From assembly GCA_030550585.1 (NCBI GenBank), contig JAUQPB010000001.1, positions 448,001-512,000 on the forward strand: a DNA stretch of 64,000 nucleotides, read 5' to 3'. A program made the translations under genes and the position numbers. Shown in pieces: positions 1 to 9,369 of the stretch; the stretch's first letter is position 1, and every line of letters starts with the position of its first letter. Below the pieces are notes generated by a model that made no database searches, was not told where the DNA came from, and saw nothing but the letters and a program-made list of their open reading frames with translations. The stretch is from Thermoproteota archaeon. Its GTDB lineage: Archaea; Thermoproteota; Thermoprotei_A; Sulfolobales; Ignisphaeraceae.

Positions 1-1374
1 CTGTTTCTTGGCTAGATACAGTTTCAGGGATCTAGCAACATGTCTGACCCCCTCCTCTATCTCGTGCTCCAACACTGGAACCTCCGCTATACTCTCCTTA
101 CCAACACCTTTGTAAGGTATTTTGGTTCCACAGACATGGACTAGAATGGCTATTGGAGCTGGGAACACTATGTCATAGTAGCTCCAATCAATGTTTTCTG
201 ACACCACCTTCCAGGCAACATCGCTCTTCTCATCGTATAGAAGCGGTATTTTATTTGCGAACCTCAGCAACATGGGCTCTTCAAGAGGCTCTATAGCACC
301 TCCATATGCTATCCCAACCTCAACTACCATAGAGTGCCCCTCGTATACAACAGGCTTTCTGGTGATGGCATCGGTGAACTCGGGCTTTAGGATGGTGTTT
401 AGACCGATTTTGATGAGCTCGGATCCTATGGGTGAAAGATGGTCTGCTCTAGGCTTTCTAAACTCGCTGAACTCCTTCAACGCTCTAACAAGTTTTTCTA
501 GATCATCTTTAGAAAGATTCTTCGGATTTATATTAGGATCGAATCCATATGTAGAAATAAATCTCTCTGCAAGTACTCTGCCAACACCTTGGAACTCATC
601 TGAAAGGAACTCGATAAGCGTCTGAGCCTTTGTTTCGCTTATCATCGCCTTCAGCATTTCTAGGTCTACTCCATGTGGATGGGGCTTTGCCTCTCTTGGT
701 GGCGGAGGCAATATGTTGGCAACTCTTTGATATATCTTTATCTCTCCATCGGGGCTTCTAAAAACTATGTTGGCATACGGTGATACGATAGCTGTTCTTT
801 TAATATACTCCAAAATCTTTTGCCTTGCCTTGCTCCAATCCCCTTCAACGGCTACCTTCACCATTGTTCCATGCCAGCCGGTTTTGTTTTGCCACCAGCT
901 TCTCTCTAGTACGATTGGCTTGTTCTCCTTAATGTCTATCATTATTTTGTATTTATAGATCTTTTTAGAATTGATTGTTGCTGACACAATCTCTGCAGGT
1001 TCGCCAACAGTTATCTGACCATATAGAACAACCATCTTGGCACCAAGGCCGAAAAGCCCTCTTGTCTGTCTCAAAACATATTTTGAGCTGAACAAGACTC
1101 TGCCAAAGGCGTCGGGTATATAGTTCTCTGGTATGCCAATCCCATTATCTTTAACAGTTATCCTATATACATAGGCTTTATTCTGATCCCTCTCAATAGA
1201 TATTGCGATGTCTGGGAAAATGCCGTGGGCATCTGTAGCATCTAAAGCATTTTCAACAAGCTCTCTAACAGATTGATACAATGCTCTAGCGGGATTTGCA
1301 AAACCAGCTATCTCTTTGTTTCGATAGAAAAATTCTGCAGGGCTTATACTCCTAAACTTCTCTGCAACACTCAT
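1..1374 (-). CDS. top6B: DNA topoisomerase VI subunit B (3' end outside window)
   Basis: Manual translation from ATG 1374: MSVAEKFRSISPAEFFYRNKEIAGFANPARALYQSVRELVENALDA; GHKL ATPase motifs DNGIG and RGLFGLG. Confidence 0.95.
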   Translation of the reverse strand, partial: MSVAEKFRSISPAEFFYRNKEIAGFANPARALYQSVRELVENALDATDAHGIFPDIAISIERDQNKAYVYRITVKDNGIGIPENYIPDAFGRVLFSSKYVLRQTRGLFGLGAKMVVLYGQITVGEPAEIVSATINSKKIYKYKIMIDIKENKPIVLERSWWQNKTGWHGTMVKVAVEGDWSKARQKILEYIKRTAIVSPYANIVFRSPDGEIKIYQRVANILPPPPREAKPHPHGVDLEMLKAMISETKAQTLIEFLSDEFQGVGRVLAERFISTYGFDPNINPKNLSKDDLEKLVRALKEFSEFRKPRADHLSPIGSELIKIGLNTILKPEFTDAITRKPVVYEGHSMVVEVGIAYGGAIEPLEEPMLLRFANKIPLLYDEKSDVAWKVVSENIDWSYYDIVFPAPIAILVHVCGTKIPYKGVGKESIAEVPVLEHEIEEGVRHVARSLKLYLAKKQ

Positions 1375-1474
1375 TCTAGTTCTGCGCCTCAGCACCTGCC
1401 TGAATTACTGTATTTATCTATAAGAGAAATTATAAGCAATAATATCAAAAATGCTTAGAAAAAGAATTGAAAGA

Positions 1475-2407
1475 TTATCTCATATAGAGGGCTGCATAAG
1501 CTATTATAGGTAGTACCAGTGTGGCATCAGCATATACAATAACGTTTCTAGCATTCTCCTTTAGCTTCCCCCACGTAATCGCCTCTCTAGGTCTTGCACC
1601 ACTTAAAGAGCCATCCCACTCAGTAGCTGTTGTCACATAAACCACATAGTCTAGGCCTCCATGAAACTGAGCCCACCAGAGGGTGTGGTGCTTGCTTATC
1701 CCACCACCAATTATTAGAGCTCCCATACACTTTGCATGGAATACTATATCTGCTAGCTCTTTCTCATCCTTAAACACATCCAGGTTAAGCTTGTTGAACT
1801 GAGAATATGTTAGCAACGCTGTTCCAAAGGCTCCATCCAGAAAACCTGGAACATATATGGGCACATTTGAAATTGCTGCACTTCTCAGTATAGACCTCTC
1901 ATCATTTATTCTCTTCCCAATCTCGTAGAGAAGCTCTCTAACACCAAACACCTTTGATTTCTCCTGCGATGTTATCTCTTGCAAGAATTTGTGGGTAACT
2001 CTTTCAATGAGTGGGCCGTAGCTATCTACAGGTATGAAGATGTTGCCCAGCCTATGAACCCCCCTTCTATGAAGCTCAGAGTCGTCTGCATCGAAAAAGC
2101 CCTTTAGATATCTGCCGCCAAAACTCTTCGCAATATCGTGGTCTATAGTGCCACAAGTTGTTATTACAACATTGAAGATCTTTTCCTTGATTAGCTGAGC
2201 TATAATGCTTCTAACACCTGTAGCAACAATGTTGCCTGTAAATGATATTACCCTGACATCGCATTTGTCCCTAATCTCCCTCACAATGTTTATCGCATCA
2301 AATAGGTGAGAAGCCATGAAGCCGTGTATCTTTGCGTATAGATTAATCAGATCCTCTATCTTCATATCCTTTGAAAGAAACGGCTCCTCTACCTCACCTA
2401 GCTCCAT
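1475..2407 (-). CDS. dys: Deoxyhypusine synthase
   Basis: SFTGN, GGGISKHH, DGSLSGARPREAITWGK motifs. Confidence 0.95.
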   Translation of the reverse strand: MELGEVEEPFLSKDMKIEDLINLYAKIHGFMASHLFDAINIVREIRDKCDVRVISFTGNIVATGVRSIIAQLIKEKIFNVVITTCGTIDHDIAKSFGGRYLKGFFDADDSELHRRGVHRLGNIFIPVDSYGPLIERVTHKFLQEITSQEKSKVFGVRELLYEIGKRINDERSILRSAAISNVPIYVPGFLDGAFGTALLTYSQFNKLNLDVFKDEKELADIVFHAKCMGALIIGGGISKHHTLWWAQFHGGLDYVVYVTTATEWDGSLSGARPREAITWGKLKENARNVIVYADATLVLPIIAYAALYMR

Positions 2408-3701
2408 GTCCGAGCACCTCTACCAGATTATTCAACTCAACTTCGGTCTGGCTCCACCTCTTCAGATCTCTCACAACTGCCATGCCTTTCTCAGCCTCTT
2501 TCCTACCTATTATAACAACATAGTCGAAGCCCGTTTTAGACGCGTATTCAAGCCATCTACTCATTTTTGCTGGTGGCGAAACCTCTAGCTGAATCACAAC
2601 ACCTCTACCCCTCAACTGCTTCAATAAGACATTCAAATTGCTGTTTCTCCTAATCGACTCATCTAATAGCAGAAGTAATGCGGATTGTCTATGCAGAAGC
2701 TTCTCCAAGTCTATCCCAAGGTTTTGCAGTGCTAGCAAAGTTCTTTCAACACCTATTGCAAAGCCTGTTGAAGAGAGCTCCTCACCTCCGTAAACTGTTG
2801 TTAGATTGTCGTATCTGCCACCACCAGCTATGCTGATTGTCATACCAGGTACCTGCACCTCGAATATGATGCTAGTATAGTATGCTATGCCTCTTGCAAA
2901 ACCAGGATCTACAACAACATTGGCGCCAATCCCCTTAACCATATCTATGTATTTAGCTAGAAGCTCTATATCTTCTCTAAGCTCGTTATAAACCCCCAGC
3001 TCTGACAGCTTCGCTATAACACCATCTATGTTGTAGCCCTCTTTGTATGCATTTGCTAGAAACATTACAAGTTCGCTGTATTTGGGAAACCCCTTCGATT
3101 CAAACATCTCTGTAACATTTTGAAACATCCCCTTGTCAAGCAGATGCAGCATTCTCTCAGTTTCCTCATCTGTAAACCTAGCCATTTTTGCAATCTTTTT
3201 GAATATTGCTACATTGTTTACTTTGTAGACTCTTCTGGTGAGGCCTATCCTATGGTAGAATTCCTCTAGAAGCTCTATTAGCTCAGAATCATAGTAAATG
3301 CTGTCTCCACCCAAAATCTCTACACCAGCTTGTGTAAACTCTCTGTATCTGCCATACTGGGGCTCGTCATATCTAAACACATTAGCTACGTAGAACAGTC
3401 TTATGGGTTTTGGCCACGATCTCAGCTCTTTAAGATAAACTCTTATAACGCTTGGTGTAACCTCTGGCCTTAGAGCGACCTCTCTATCTCCCTTATCCTT
3501 GAAAACATACATAGAGTTTCTTATCTCCTCACCCGATTTCAGTGCAAACAACTTGAAATTCTCTACCGTCGGCGTCCTCACCTCTCTGTAGCCAAACAGC
3601 CTAGCAACCTCTTTGAAGTTGTCGCAAATCCATGTTATTGCATCGCTTTCAGGTGGGACATAGTCTCTAAAGCCGCGTATAGGCTCTAGCAACTCCTTCA
3701 A
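2394..3701 (-). CDS. hisS: Histidine--tRNA ligase
   Basis: RGFRD, LRPEVT, FRYDEPQYGRYREFTQ, RGIAYY, GGGRYD. Confidence 0.96.
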   Translation of the reverse strand: MKELLEPIRGFRDYVPPESDAITWICDNFKEVARLFGYREVRTPTVENFKLFALKSGEEIRNSMYVFKDKGDREVALRPEVTPSVIRVYLKELRSWPKPIRLFYVANVFRYDEPQYGRYREFTQAGVEILGGDSIYYDSELIELLEEFYHRIGLTRRVYKVNNVAIFKKIAKMARFTDEETERMLHLLDKGMFQNVTEMFESKGFPKYSELVMFLANAYKEGYNIDGVIAKLSELGVYNELREDIELLAKYIDMVKGIGANVVVDPGFARGIAYYTSIIFEVQVPGMTISIAGGGRYDNLTTVYGGEELSSTGFAIGVERTLLALQNLGIDLEKLLHRQSALLLLLDESIRRNSNLNVLLKQLRGRGVVIQLEVSPPAKMSRWLEYASKTGFDYVVIIGRKEAEKGMAVVRDLKRWSQTEVELNNLVEVLGHGAR

Positions 3702-4207
3702 ATGAATTCACCACCTCTTTCAATCTTTGGAAAAGACATTTTTGAAACCTCATAGTACGTTACATCACCATACATATCAACAACAGCTATAATTAGCTTG
3801 TATCCCTGCTTAATAGCTCTATCAACATAGTTATAGAGATCATCTACCCTGACAACAGCGTCTTCGTCAAGTACAAGAATATTTGCCTTTTCATCCACTA
3901 AAATCAGCTCGTTTTCAGAAGGCCCGGACACAACCTTTTTACCTCTCTTCAGCAGATCCATCAAGACCAGGAAAACAGAGCCTTTGAGTCTGCCTTGAAT
4001 TTTCTCTACAAACCCCTCAAAACCAATCCTATTATTGTTTTCATCTACTACATCAGCCATGCCGCTATAAACAAGGTAAAAAGCTAGAGCCGGGTCAACA
4101 AACCCCTTCTCACCAGACACAAACCTCTCTATCTTCAGATCACCAGAAGCTATCATAATCTCACCACTTCTCAGAACCTTCAACACAATTTTCTTTTTTG
4201 CAGACAT
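3698..4207 (-). CDS. Probable tRNA splicing endonuclease structural (beta-type) subunit
   Basis: C-terminal IAVVDMYGDVTYYEV typical of the EndA fold; catalytic Tyr/His/Lys not evident; start placed at MSAKKK. Confidence 0.65.
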   Translation of the reverse strand: MSAKKKIVLKVLRSGEIMIASGDLKIERFVSGEKGFVDPALAFYLVYSGMADVVDENNNRIGFEGFVEKIQGRLKGSVFLVLMDLLKRGKKVVSGPSENELILVDEKANILVLDEDAVVRVDDLYNYVDRAIKQGYKLIIAVVDMYGDVTYYEVSKMSFPKIERGGEFI

Positions 4208-4309
4208 TGCTCTGCTAGCCCTTGGAAAATGGTTTGACAGCATTTAGATTGTTGTGCTTTGCAAATAAGGTTTAAATATGTTTTTTCATAGTGCTCACTT
4301 GGTGCATAT

Positions 4310-5353
4310 ATGTATCCAATAAAAATCAGAGCAATTGAGTGGACTGGAAAAAGCGTTAGATGGCTCAACACAAACCTTTTGCCCCATCAAGAGGTATACG
4401 AAGAGAGTAGCGATTATGAGAGAATAGCAAGGGCTATAGAGACCATGGAGATCAGGGGGGCTCCAGCCATAGGCGTGGCAGCGGCGTTTGCTGTTGCAGC
4501 AGCTGTTGCAAATGCCAATACAAGTAGTGTTGAGGAGCTGAGGCTTCTAGGCCTTAGAGCTGTTGAGAGACTTGGCAAAACAAGGCCTACAGCATACAAT
4601 CTCTTCTGGGCCTTAGATAGAATTAAGAGAGTGCTTCAACGAGAGTATATAGGTGTAGATGATTTGAAAAAAGCTGTTGTTGAAGAGGCTCTGAAGATAT
4701 ATAACGAGGATGTCGAAACAAATATCAGAATTGGTGAAATTGGCGAGAAGCTCATAGAAGATGGAGATACTATTCTAACACACTGCAACGCTGGCGCATT
4801 AGCAACATCAGCTTTTGGAACAGCGCTAGCAGTTATCAGGGTCGCCTGGTATAAGGGAAAGAAGATCAAGGTTATAGCGACAGAGACTAGACCTGTGCTC
4901 CAAGGTGCTCGACTCACAGTATGGGAGCTGAAAAAAGAGGGGATTCCAGTTACACTAATAACAGATAACATGGTTGGATATGTTATGTATAAGAAAATGG
5001 TGAACAAAGTTATTGTTGGAGCGGATAGAGTGCTTGGCGATGGTCATGTAATAAACAAGATTGGTACATATACCATAGCAATAGCTGCAAAAAGACATGG
5101 CATACCGTTTTACGTCGCCGCACCAACATCGACATTCGACCTAAGATCTAGGGTAGAGGATGTAAAAATCGAGGAGAGAAACCCAGATGAAGTTAGAAAG
5201 GTTCTGAACAAGGTCTACATCACGTTAGAAGATGTTGATGTGTTCAATCCCTCGTTCGACATAACACCACCTGACTTGGTTACAGGTATAATAACAGAAA
5301 AAGGTGTTGTTACACAGCCTTATGAGGAGAATATAAGGAAACTGTTCCTATAA
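4310..5353 (+). CDS. mtnA: S-methyl-5-thioribose-1-phosphate isomerase (eIF2B-like family)
   Basis: IRGAPAIG, RPTAYNL, THCNAGALAT, ETRPVLQGARLT, NKIGTY. Confidence 0.9.
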   Translation: MYPIKIRAIEWTGKSVRWLNTNLLPHQEVYEESSDYERIARAIETMEIRGAPAIGVAAAFAVAAAVANANTSSVEELRLLGLRAVERLGKTRPTAYNLFWALDRIKRVLQREYIGVDDLKKAVVEEALKIYNEDVETNIRIGEIGEKLIEDGDTILTHCNAGALATSAFGTALAVIRVAWYKGKKIKVIATETRPVLQGARLTVWELKKEGIPVTLITDNMVGYVMYKKMVNKVIVGADRVLGDGHVINKIGTYTIAIAAKRHGIPFYVAAPTSTFDLRSRVEDVKIEERNPDEVRKVLNKVYITLEDVDVFNPSFDITPPDLVTGIITEKGVVTQPYEENIRKLFL

Positions 5354-5378
5354 CCGATTGCTCCATTAACTAAATCAG

Positions 5379-6131
5379 CTACCTCTTTTTAATTGCACTA
5401 ATGATTTTTATTGCCTCATCCAATTTTTCTTCAACTACAGTACCTGTAACAATTATGTCTGCCCCAGCATTTATGATGGCAAGCGCTTTTTCAGCATCTC
5501 TTATACCGCCACCAACAATAAGTATAGTGTCATCGATAGCCTTTTTGACCTTCTCAACAAAGTTTTGCGGTACAGGTTGCGGTGCTCCAGAACCAGCCTC
5601 TAAATAAACAAACTTCATTCCGAGGAACTTGGCTGCCAGAGCATAGGCTACACCTATCCCAGGTTTGTCATGTGGTATTGGACGCGCCTTTCCAACCACA
5701 CTCACAGATGCGCTCCAATTACCGACGATTATATAGCCTGTAGGTAGAACCTCTAAGCCAAGTCTTTTTATAATTGGTGCTGCTACAACATGAGCACCTA
5801 TTATATAGTAGGGGTCGTCGGAGTTAAGCAAGGATATAAACAGAATGGCATCGGCATTTCTTGCAAGACCTGCTGGACTCCCAGGGAAAAGTATGGACGG
5901 CACACCAAGCTCCTCGATAATCTCCACAACTTTTTCAACATCATCCATGTATACTTGGAGACTACCCCCAACAAGAATGGCGTCTGTACCTGCATCAACA
6001 ACTTTCTTCAACGTATTCGAAAGTTCTTTAAGATCTGTCACCTTCTCTGGGTCTATCAATGTAAAGTGGAGTTTCTGTCCTTTATCAACACTTCTCTTTA
6101 TTGTTTCGTATACTCTGCCCCTCCACTTCAC
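5379..6131 (-). CDS. Geranylgeranylglyceryl phosphate synthase
   Basis: FTLIDP, VGGS, YLEAGSGA, VGGGIR, VTGT. Confidence 0.93.
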   Translation of the reverse strand: MKWRGRVYETIKRSVDKGQKLHFTLIDPEKVTDLKELSNTLKKVVDAGTDAILVGGSLQVYMDDVEKVVEIIEELGVPSILFPGSPAGLARNADAILFISLLNSDDPYYIIGAHVVAAPIIKRLGLEVLPTGYIIVGNWSASVSVVGKARPIPHDKPGIGVAYALAAKFLGMKFVYLEAGSGAPQPVPQNFVEKVKKAIDDTILIVGGGIRDAEKALAIINAGADIIVTGTVVEEKLDEAIKIISAIKKR

Positions 6132-6191
6132 AAATAGCCACCCAATTCATATTAGAAGCTGGATATTAAATAACTTTATTGATCTTGTACA

Positions 6192-6506
6192 TCATCCAAG
6201 TATCTTCCTCAGAGTTCTAGAAAAGCCTTGCAAAGCTATCTCCAACACAATGTCTTTTATCAAACCTCTGTCAAGTTCCAATACAACCACCTTCTGCTCT
6301 TTGTATGCTATATAGAAGCCGATAACATGGTAACACGGATACCTTCTATTGCCTTGAACAAAATGAATCAAAAAGTCGGTACAGGTGCACAGTCTGCAAG
6401 GCGATACCAGATAATCATTTTTAAGCCCTTTAAAAACGTTGATTACAACACCAGATTCTTTGTCAATTAGTGAAACAAATCTTTTGTTTCTCAACCCCTC
6501 CAACAA
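6192..6506 (-). CDS. SWIM zinc-finger protein (start uncertain)
   Basis: CTCTDF...PCYH pattern (CxC-xn-CxH). Confidence 0.75.
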   Translation of the reverse strand: MLEGLRNKRFVSLIDKESGVVINVFKGLKNDYLVSPCRLCTCTDFLIHFVQGNRRYPCYHVIGFYIAYKEQKVVVLELDRGLIKDIVLEIALQGFSRTLRKILG

Positions 6507-6652
6507 TTTATCATAGTTCTTATACCTACTTATATTATCCTCTGTACACAGATCATCTACATTTCCTCACCTAGGACATACTAACTCTACCACTCTATAA
6601 GTTTTTAAACAGAGCACAACAATAGGGTACTGTGATAAAGAGGTTATAAACT

Positions 6653-6826
6653 GTGTCATCGAGAAGAAGAACAGGCCCTGGACTAGCAAGCTACGTAGGA
6701 TTGATTAGATTCTACGAGGAGGTCGAAGAACAAGTTAAATTGAATCCTTATCTCATTCTATTCCTGTCAATAGCAACACCAATAATTGTTATAGTTCTCA
6801 CAAAGTTTTTCCCACCGCCAATATAG
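6653..6826 (+). CDS. secG: Preprotein translocase subunit Sec61beta (57 aa, not in ORF track)
   Basis: Manual translation MSSRRRTGPGLASYVGLIRFYEEVEEQVKLNPYLILFLSIATPIIVIVLTKFFPPPI; GLIRFYEE motif plus one C-terminal TM helix. Confidence 0.9.
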   Translation: MSSRRRTGPGLASYVGLIRFYEEVEEQVKLNPYLILFLSIATPIIVIVLTKFFPPPI

Positions 6827-6889
6827 CAAACATCAAATACATTGTTATCACAATAAAAGTATAATAGCCATATAAAAACATTTTTCTTT

Positions 6890-7211
6890 GGTTCCTGGCC
6901 CGCAGACTGCCACGGGGTCAAACCCCCGAGGAAACACCATCCTCCGCACAGCACCAGAGCCCCGCAAGGGGCTAGGGTAACACCCTAGGCTCTGGCACAG
7001 AAACGATACAGCTGCAAACCGATGAACATGAGGCGGCGAGGCTCCCTAGGTAACTAGGGGGCAGAAACCCGCTGAAGAGATTTGCAGCAGTGGTGAAACG
7101 GCCAGCCTCTGGGGAGTAAGGAAAACCCCGATGAACTGCTGTGTGAAGGGGTTGGAGCCGCTTAGCCAAATGCAGTCGAAACAGAAGATGGGTTACTGCG
7201 GGCCAGGAACC
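6890..7211 (+). ncRNA. rnpB: RNase P RNA
   Basis: 17-bp terminal P1 (6889-6905/7196-7212); GAGGAAAC, ACAGAAAC, GAAACGGCC, AACAGAAG motifs; P4 pairing 6933-6941/7187-7194. Confidence 0.95.
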
Positions 7212-7239
7212 ACAACATTCTTTTACAGATGTGGAGTCT

Positions 7240-7567
7240 GTTCTCCACAGGAACTCAAGGGGTCGGTAATACCATATCTCAACTTAAAAACCTTGATTAT
7301 ATTGCAATGTGTTGAGAGAAGGCCCCCTATACTTCATATGCAAGGTTCCTAATTACTGCTACTTTATCTCTGTGTTTATATTCTATTAAAATATAGTTTG
7401 TATAATGAATGCTTCTCAAAATATAGATTATACAAAATATTCATGTTCTTCAAATACTTGTAGCAGTAGAGTGCGTCTTGATTTAACTCATTTTTACTTG
7501 CTGCAAAAGAAGTTTAGGGGTCTCTGGCAAGTGGGAAAACAGTGTTCTCTACAGGAACTGCAGGGGT
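7240..7567. other. Replication origin (oriC): four ORB-like elements around an AT-rich unwinding element
   Basis: GTTCTCCACAGGAACTCAAGGGGT 7240-7263, GTTCTCTACAGGAACTGCAGGGGT 7544-7567, inverted TGCATATGAAGTATAGGGGG ~7323-7342, CTGCAAAAGAAGTTTAGGGGT 7501-7521; AT-rich ~7360-7460. Confidence 0.8.
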
Positions 7568-8964
7568 TCAATAATTTTCGCGACGTCTTTGATTTGAATT
7601 GGCGAAGCTTGTTCAAAATAGAGCTTACGCTCCTTGCCATATCTTTCAATTGGTTTAATCAAGTGTTTTTGGGCGTGTGGTGGCGGCAGATAGATCTTCT
7701 CCTCTATTTGTCTTGGAGTATCTAAGCATATGAGCTTTGGGTTTAGCTGTATAAAGCCACATTTCTCGCATTCGTATCCTTTTCCAAACCCCTTTTTCGT
7801 CATTTTGGAGCCGCATATAGGGCATCTAGGGGCTTTGCATAAGTAGGATTTTGTCTGTTTTAGTATAGAGATTTTTTCTACATGCAAAACTGTTTCATTT
7901 CCCCACTTCTTCACATGTCCCTGTATCTCCACATAGTCTCCAATATTCAAATGCCTGGCAACTCTATTCAAATGCGAGGGCTTGAAAAAAGCTAGTAAAA
8001 CCTCACCTGTAGCATCAAAAGCTTTCAGAACTATTACACCGCCTTTCATTGAATGTGGCTCAGAGGCTATAACAACTCTTGCTCTACCTGTTCTAAATGG
8101 TTTTAATTCAGAAACGTTTCTATGGACGGCATGTGCATCTGTTGCCTGATTGCTTCTAAATATTGTCCAAGCTACTACAGGTTCGCATGTCTTTATAATA
8201 TTTAAAGCCTTCTTCAGGACATCGGGGCTCTCCCCTCTAACTCCATATAGGATAGGGTCGAACCCCCTTGGTATTATCAAAGCCCTTTCCTCTTCATAGT
8301 CATAGTTGTTAAATGTTATCCCCTTTGTCATAGAATCAAACAGCTTTACACTATTCTCATCAACGCATCTTGGCGTTGCATACAGTCTCTTAGATCTATA
8401 CGTCAATAGCTCGTATGTGTAGTCGCTTTCGTTGGCACCCCACGCTACTGCTGCTAAAGCACCTACAATGCCTCGCCCGCTAAACCTCTGAGAAAATACT
8501 ATACCCAACTTCTCAAGTTTCTTTCTCAAATAGTCGTCGAGTATAACAACATCTGTAAGGGCCTTCTCATAAAACCACCTCAAACCATGTATCAAGCCGT
8601 GTGGCACTATTGCAAGTCCTGGTTCAAAATCTGGTGTAACAGAGTCGAATTCTTTAATGATCCTATCAACATATTTGTCAACGATGTTCTCTACAGTTTC
8701 TAAGACTGTGTAGCTATTCTCAAGCGTTTTCTGGTTGTCGCAAGGAATGCAGAACCTTATTGCTACTGCTCCATTGCCCCTAGTTTTCCATGGTATCGAA
8801 GGGTTTAGTCTAACTAGATTAGGGTAGTCGAGTAGGGCTATACCATCAAACTTTTCTTGCAGTTTGTTTAGAATATATGTTGCCAGATGGGTTGTGCAAC
8901 CATATTTAAGCAAGTCAAAATCGTCTAGACCTAGGTGCCAGCAACAAATATTCTCATGGTACAT
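7549..8964 (-). CDS. tiaS: tRNA(Ile2) 2-agmatinylcytidine synthetase
   Basis: GLDD..GCTT, RLNPSIPWKTRGNG, SNQATDAH, OB fold, CPIC..CEKC Zn ribbon. Confidence 0.95.
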   Translation of the reverse strand: MYHENICCWHLGLDDFDLLKYGCTTHLATYILNKLQEKFDGIALLDYPNLVRLNPSIPWKTRGNGAVAIRFCIPCDNQKTLENSYTVLETVENIVDKYVDRIIKEFDSVTPDFEPGLAIVPHGLIHGLRWFYEKALTDVVILDDYLRKKLEKLGIVFSQRFSGRGIVGALAAVAWGANESDYTYELLTYRSKRLYATPRCVDENSVKLFDSMTKGITFNNYDYEEERALIIPRGFDPILYGVRGESPDVLKKALNIIKTCEPVVAWTIFRSNQATDAHAVHRNVSELKPFRTGRARVVIASEPHSMKGGVIVLKAFDATGEVLLAFFKPSHLNRVARHLNIGDYVEIQGHVKKWGNETVLHVEKISILKQTKSYLCKAPRCPICGSKMTKKGFGKGYECEKCGFIQLNPKLICLDTPRQIEEKIYLPPPHAQKHLIKPIERYGKERKLYFEQASPIQIKDVAKIIEPLQFL

Positions 8965-8982
8965 TCAATCATCGTTACACAA

Positions 8983-9252
8983 TCATCTTTCGCTACTCGA
9001 ATTGGCTTTTGTAGACACTACAATCATTGTTATAGTTGACCTCACTTTTGGAAGCTTTCTAATCTTTGATGAGACTATATCCTTTAGCTTCTCAATGCTT
9101 TCTGCTTCTATCTTTGCATAGAGATCATATATCCCATAGACTATATAAGCCTCTTTCACACCGTCTATGCTTTTTACCTGTGCCAAAACTTCATCCTCTG
9201 CGCCAACATCGGTATTTATCAGCACTAGCGCTTCTGGCATAACGCAAATCAC
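8983..9252 (-). CDS. Stand-alone Lrp/AsnC ligand-binding (RAM) domain protein
   Basis: VYGIYDLYAKIE, VRSTITMIV; no HTH. Confidence 0.85.
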   Translation of the reverse strand: MICVMPEALVLINTDVGAEDEVLAQVKSIDGVKEAYIVYGIYDLYAKIEAESIEKLKDIVSSKIRKLPKVRSTITMIVVSTKANSSSER

Positions 9253-9369
9253 AGTAGTATAAGGGTTTCATGTGTTAGGTATATAAGTTTTATGAGTATT
9301 ATGTAATACTGTGGCTTAGAAATTATTGAGAATTGGATCATGTACAGCAGATAATAATGGGTCGCATAA

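Noticed and set aside
191-1458. Plus-strand ORFs of 144, 63 and 61 aa
   Set aside because: Antisense shadows of top6B.
6507-6571. SD-like GGTGAGG followed by out-of-frame ATG-TAG upstream of the SWIM gene
   Set aside because: Could be a 1-nt error or a non-canonical start, but there is no slippery site or other support.
7240-7567. 24-bp repeats as a mini CRISPR array
   Set aside because: About 300-bp spacing, mixed orientation, ORB-like G-strings and no cas genes.
6748-7725. Short ORFs over rnpB and the origin
   Set aside because: Explained by Sec61beta, RNase P RNA and oriC; not protein-like.
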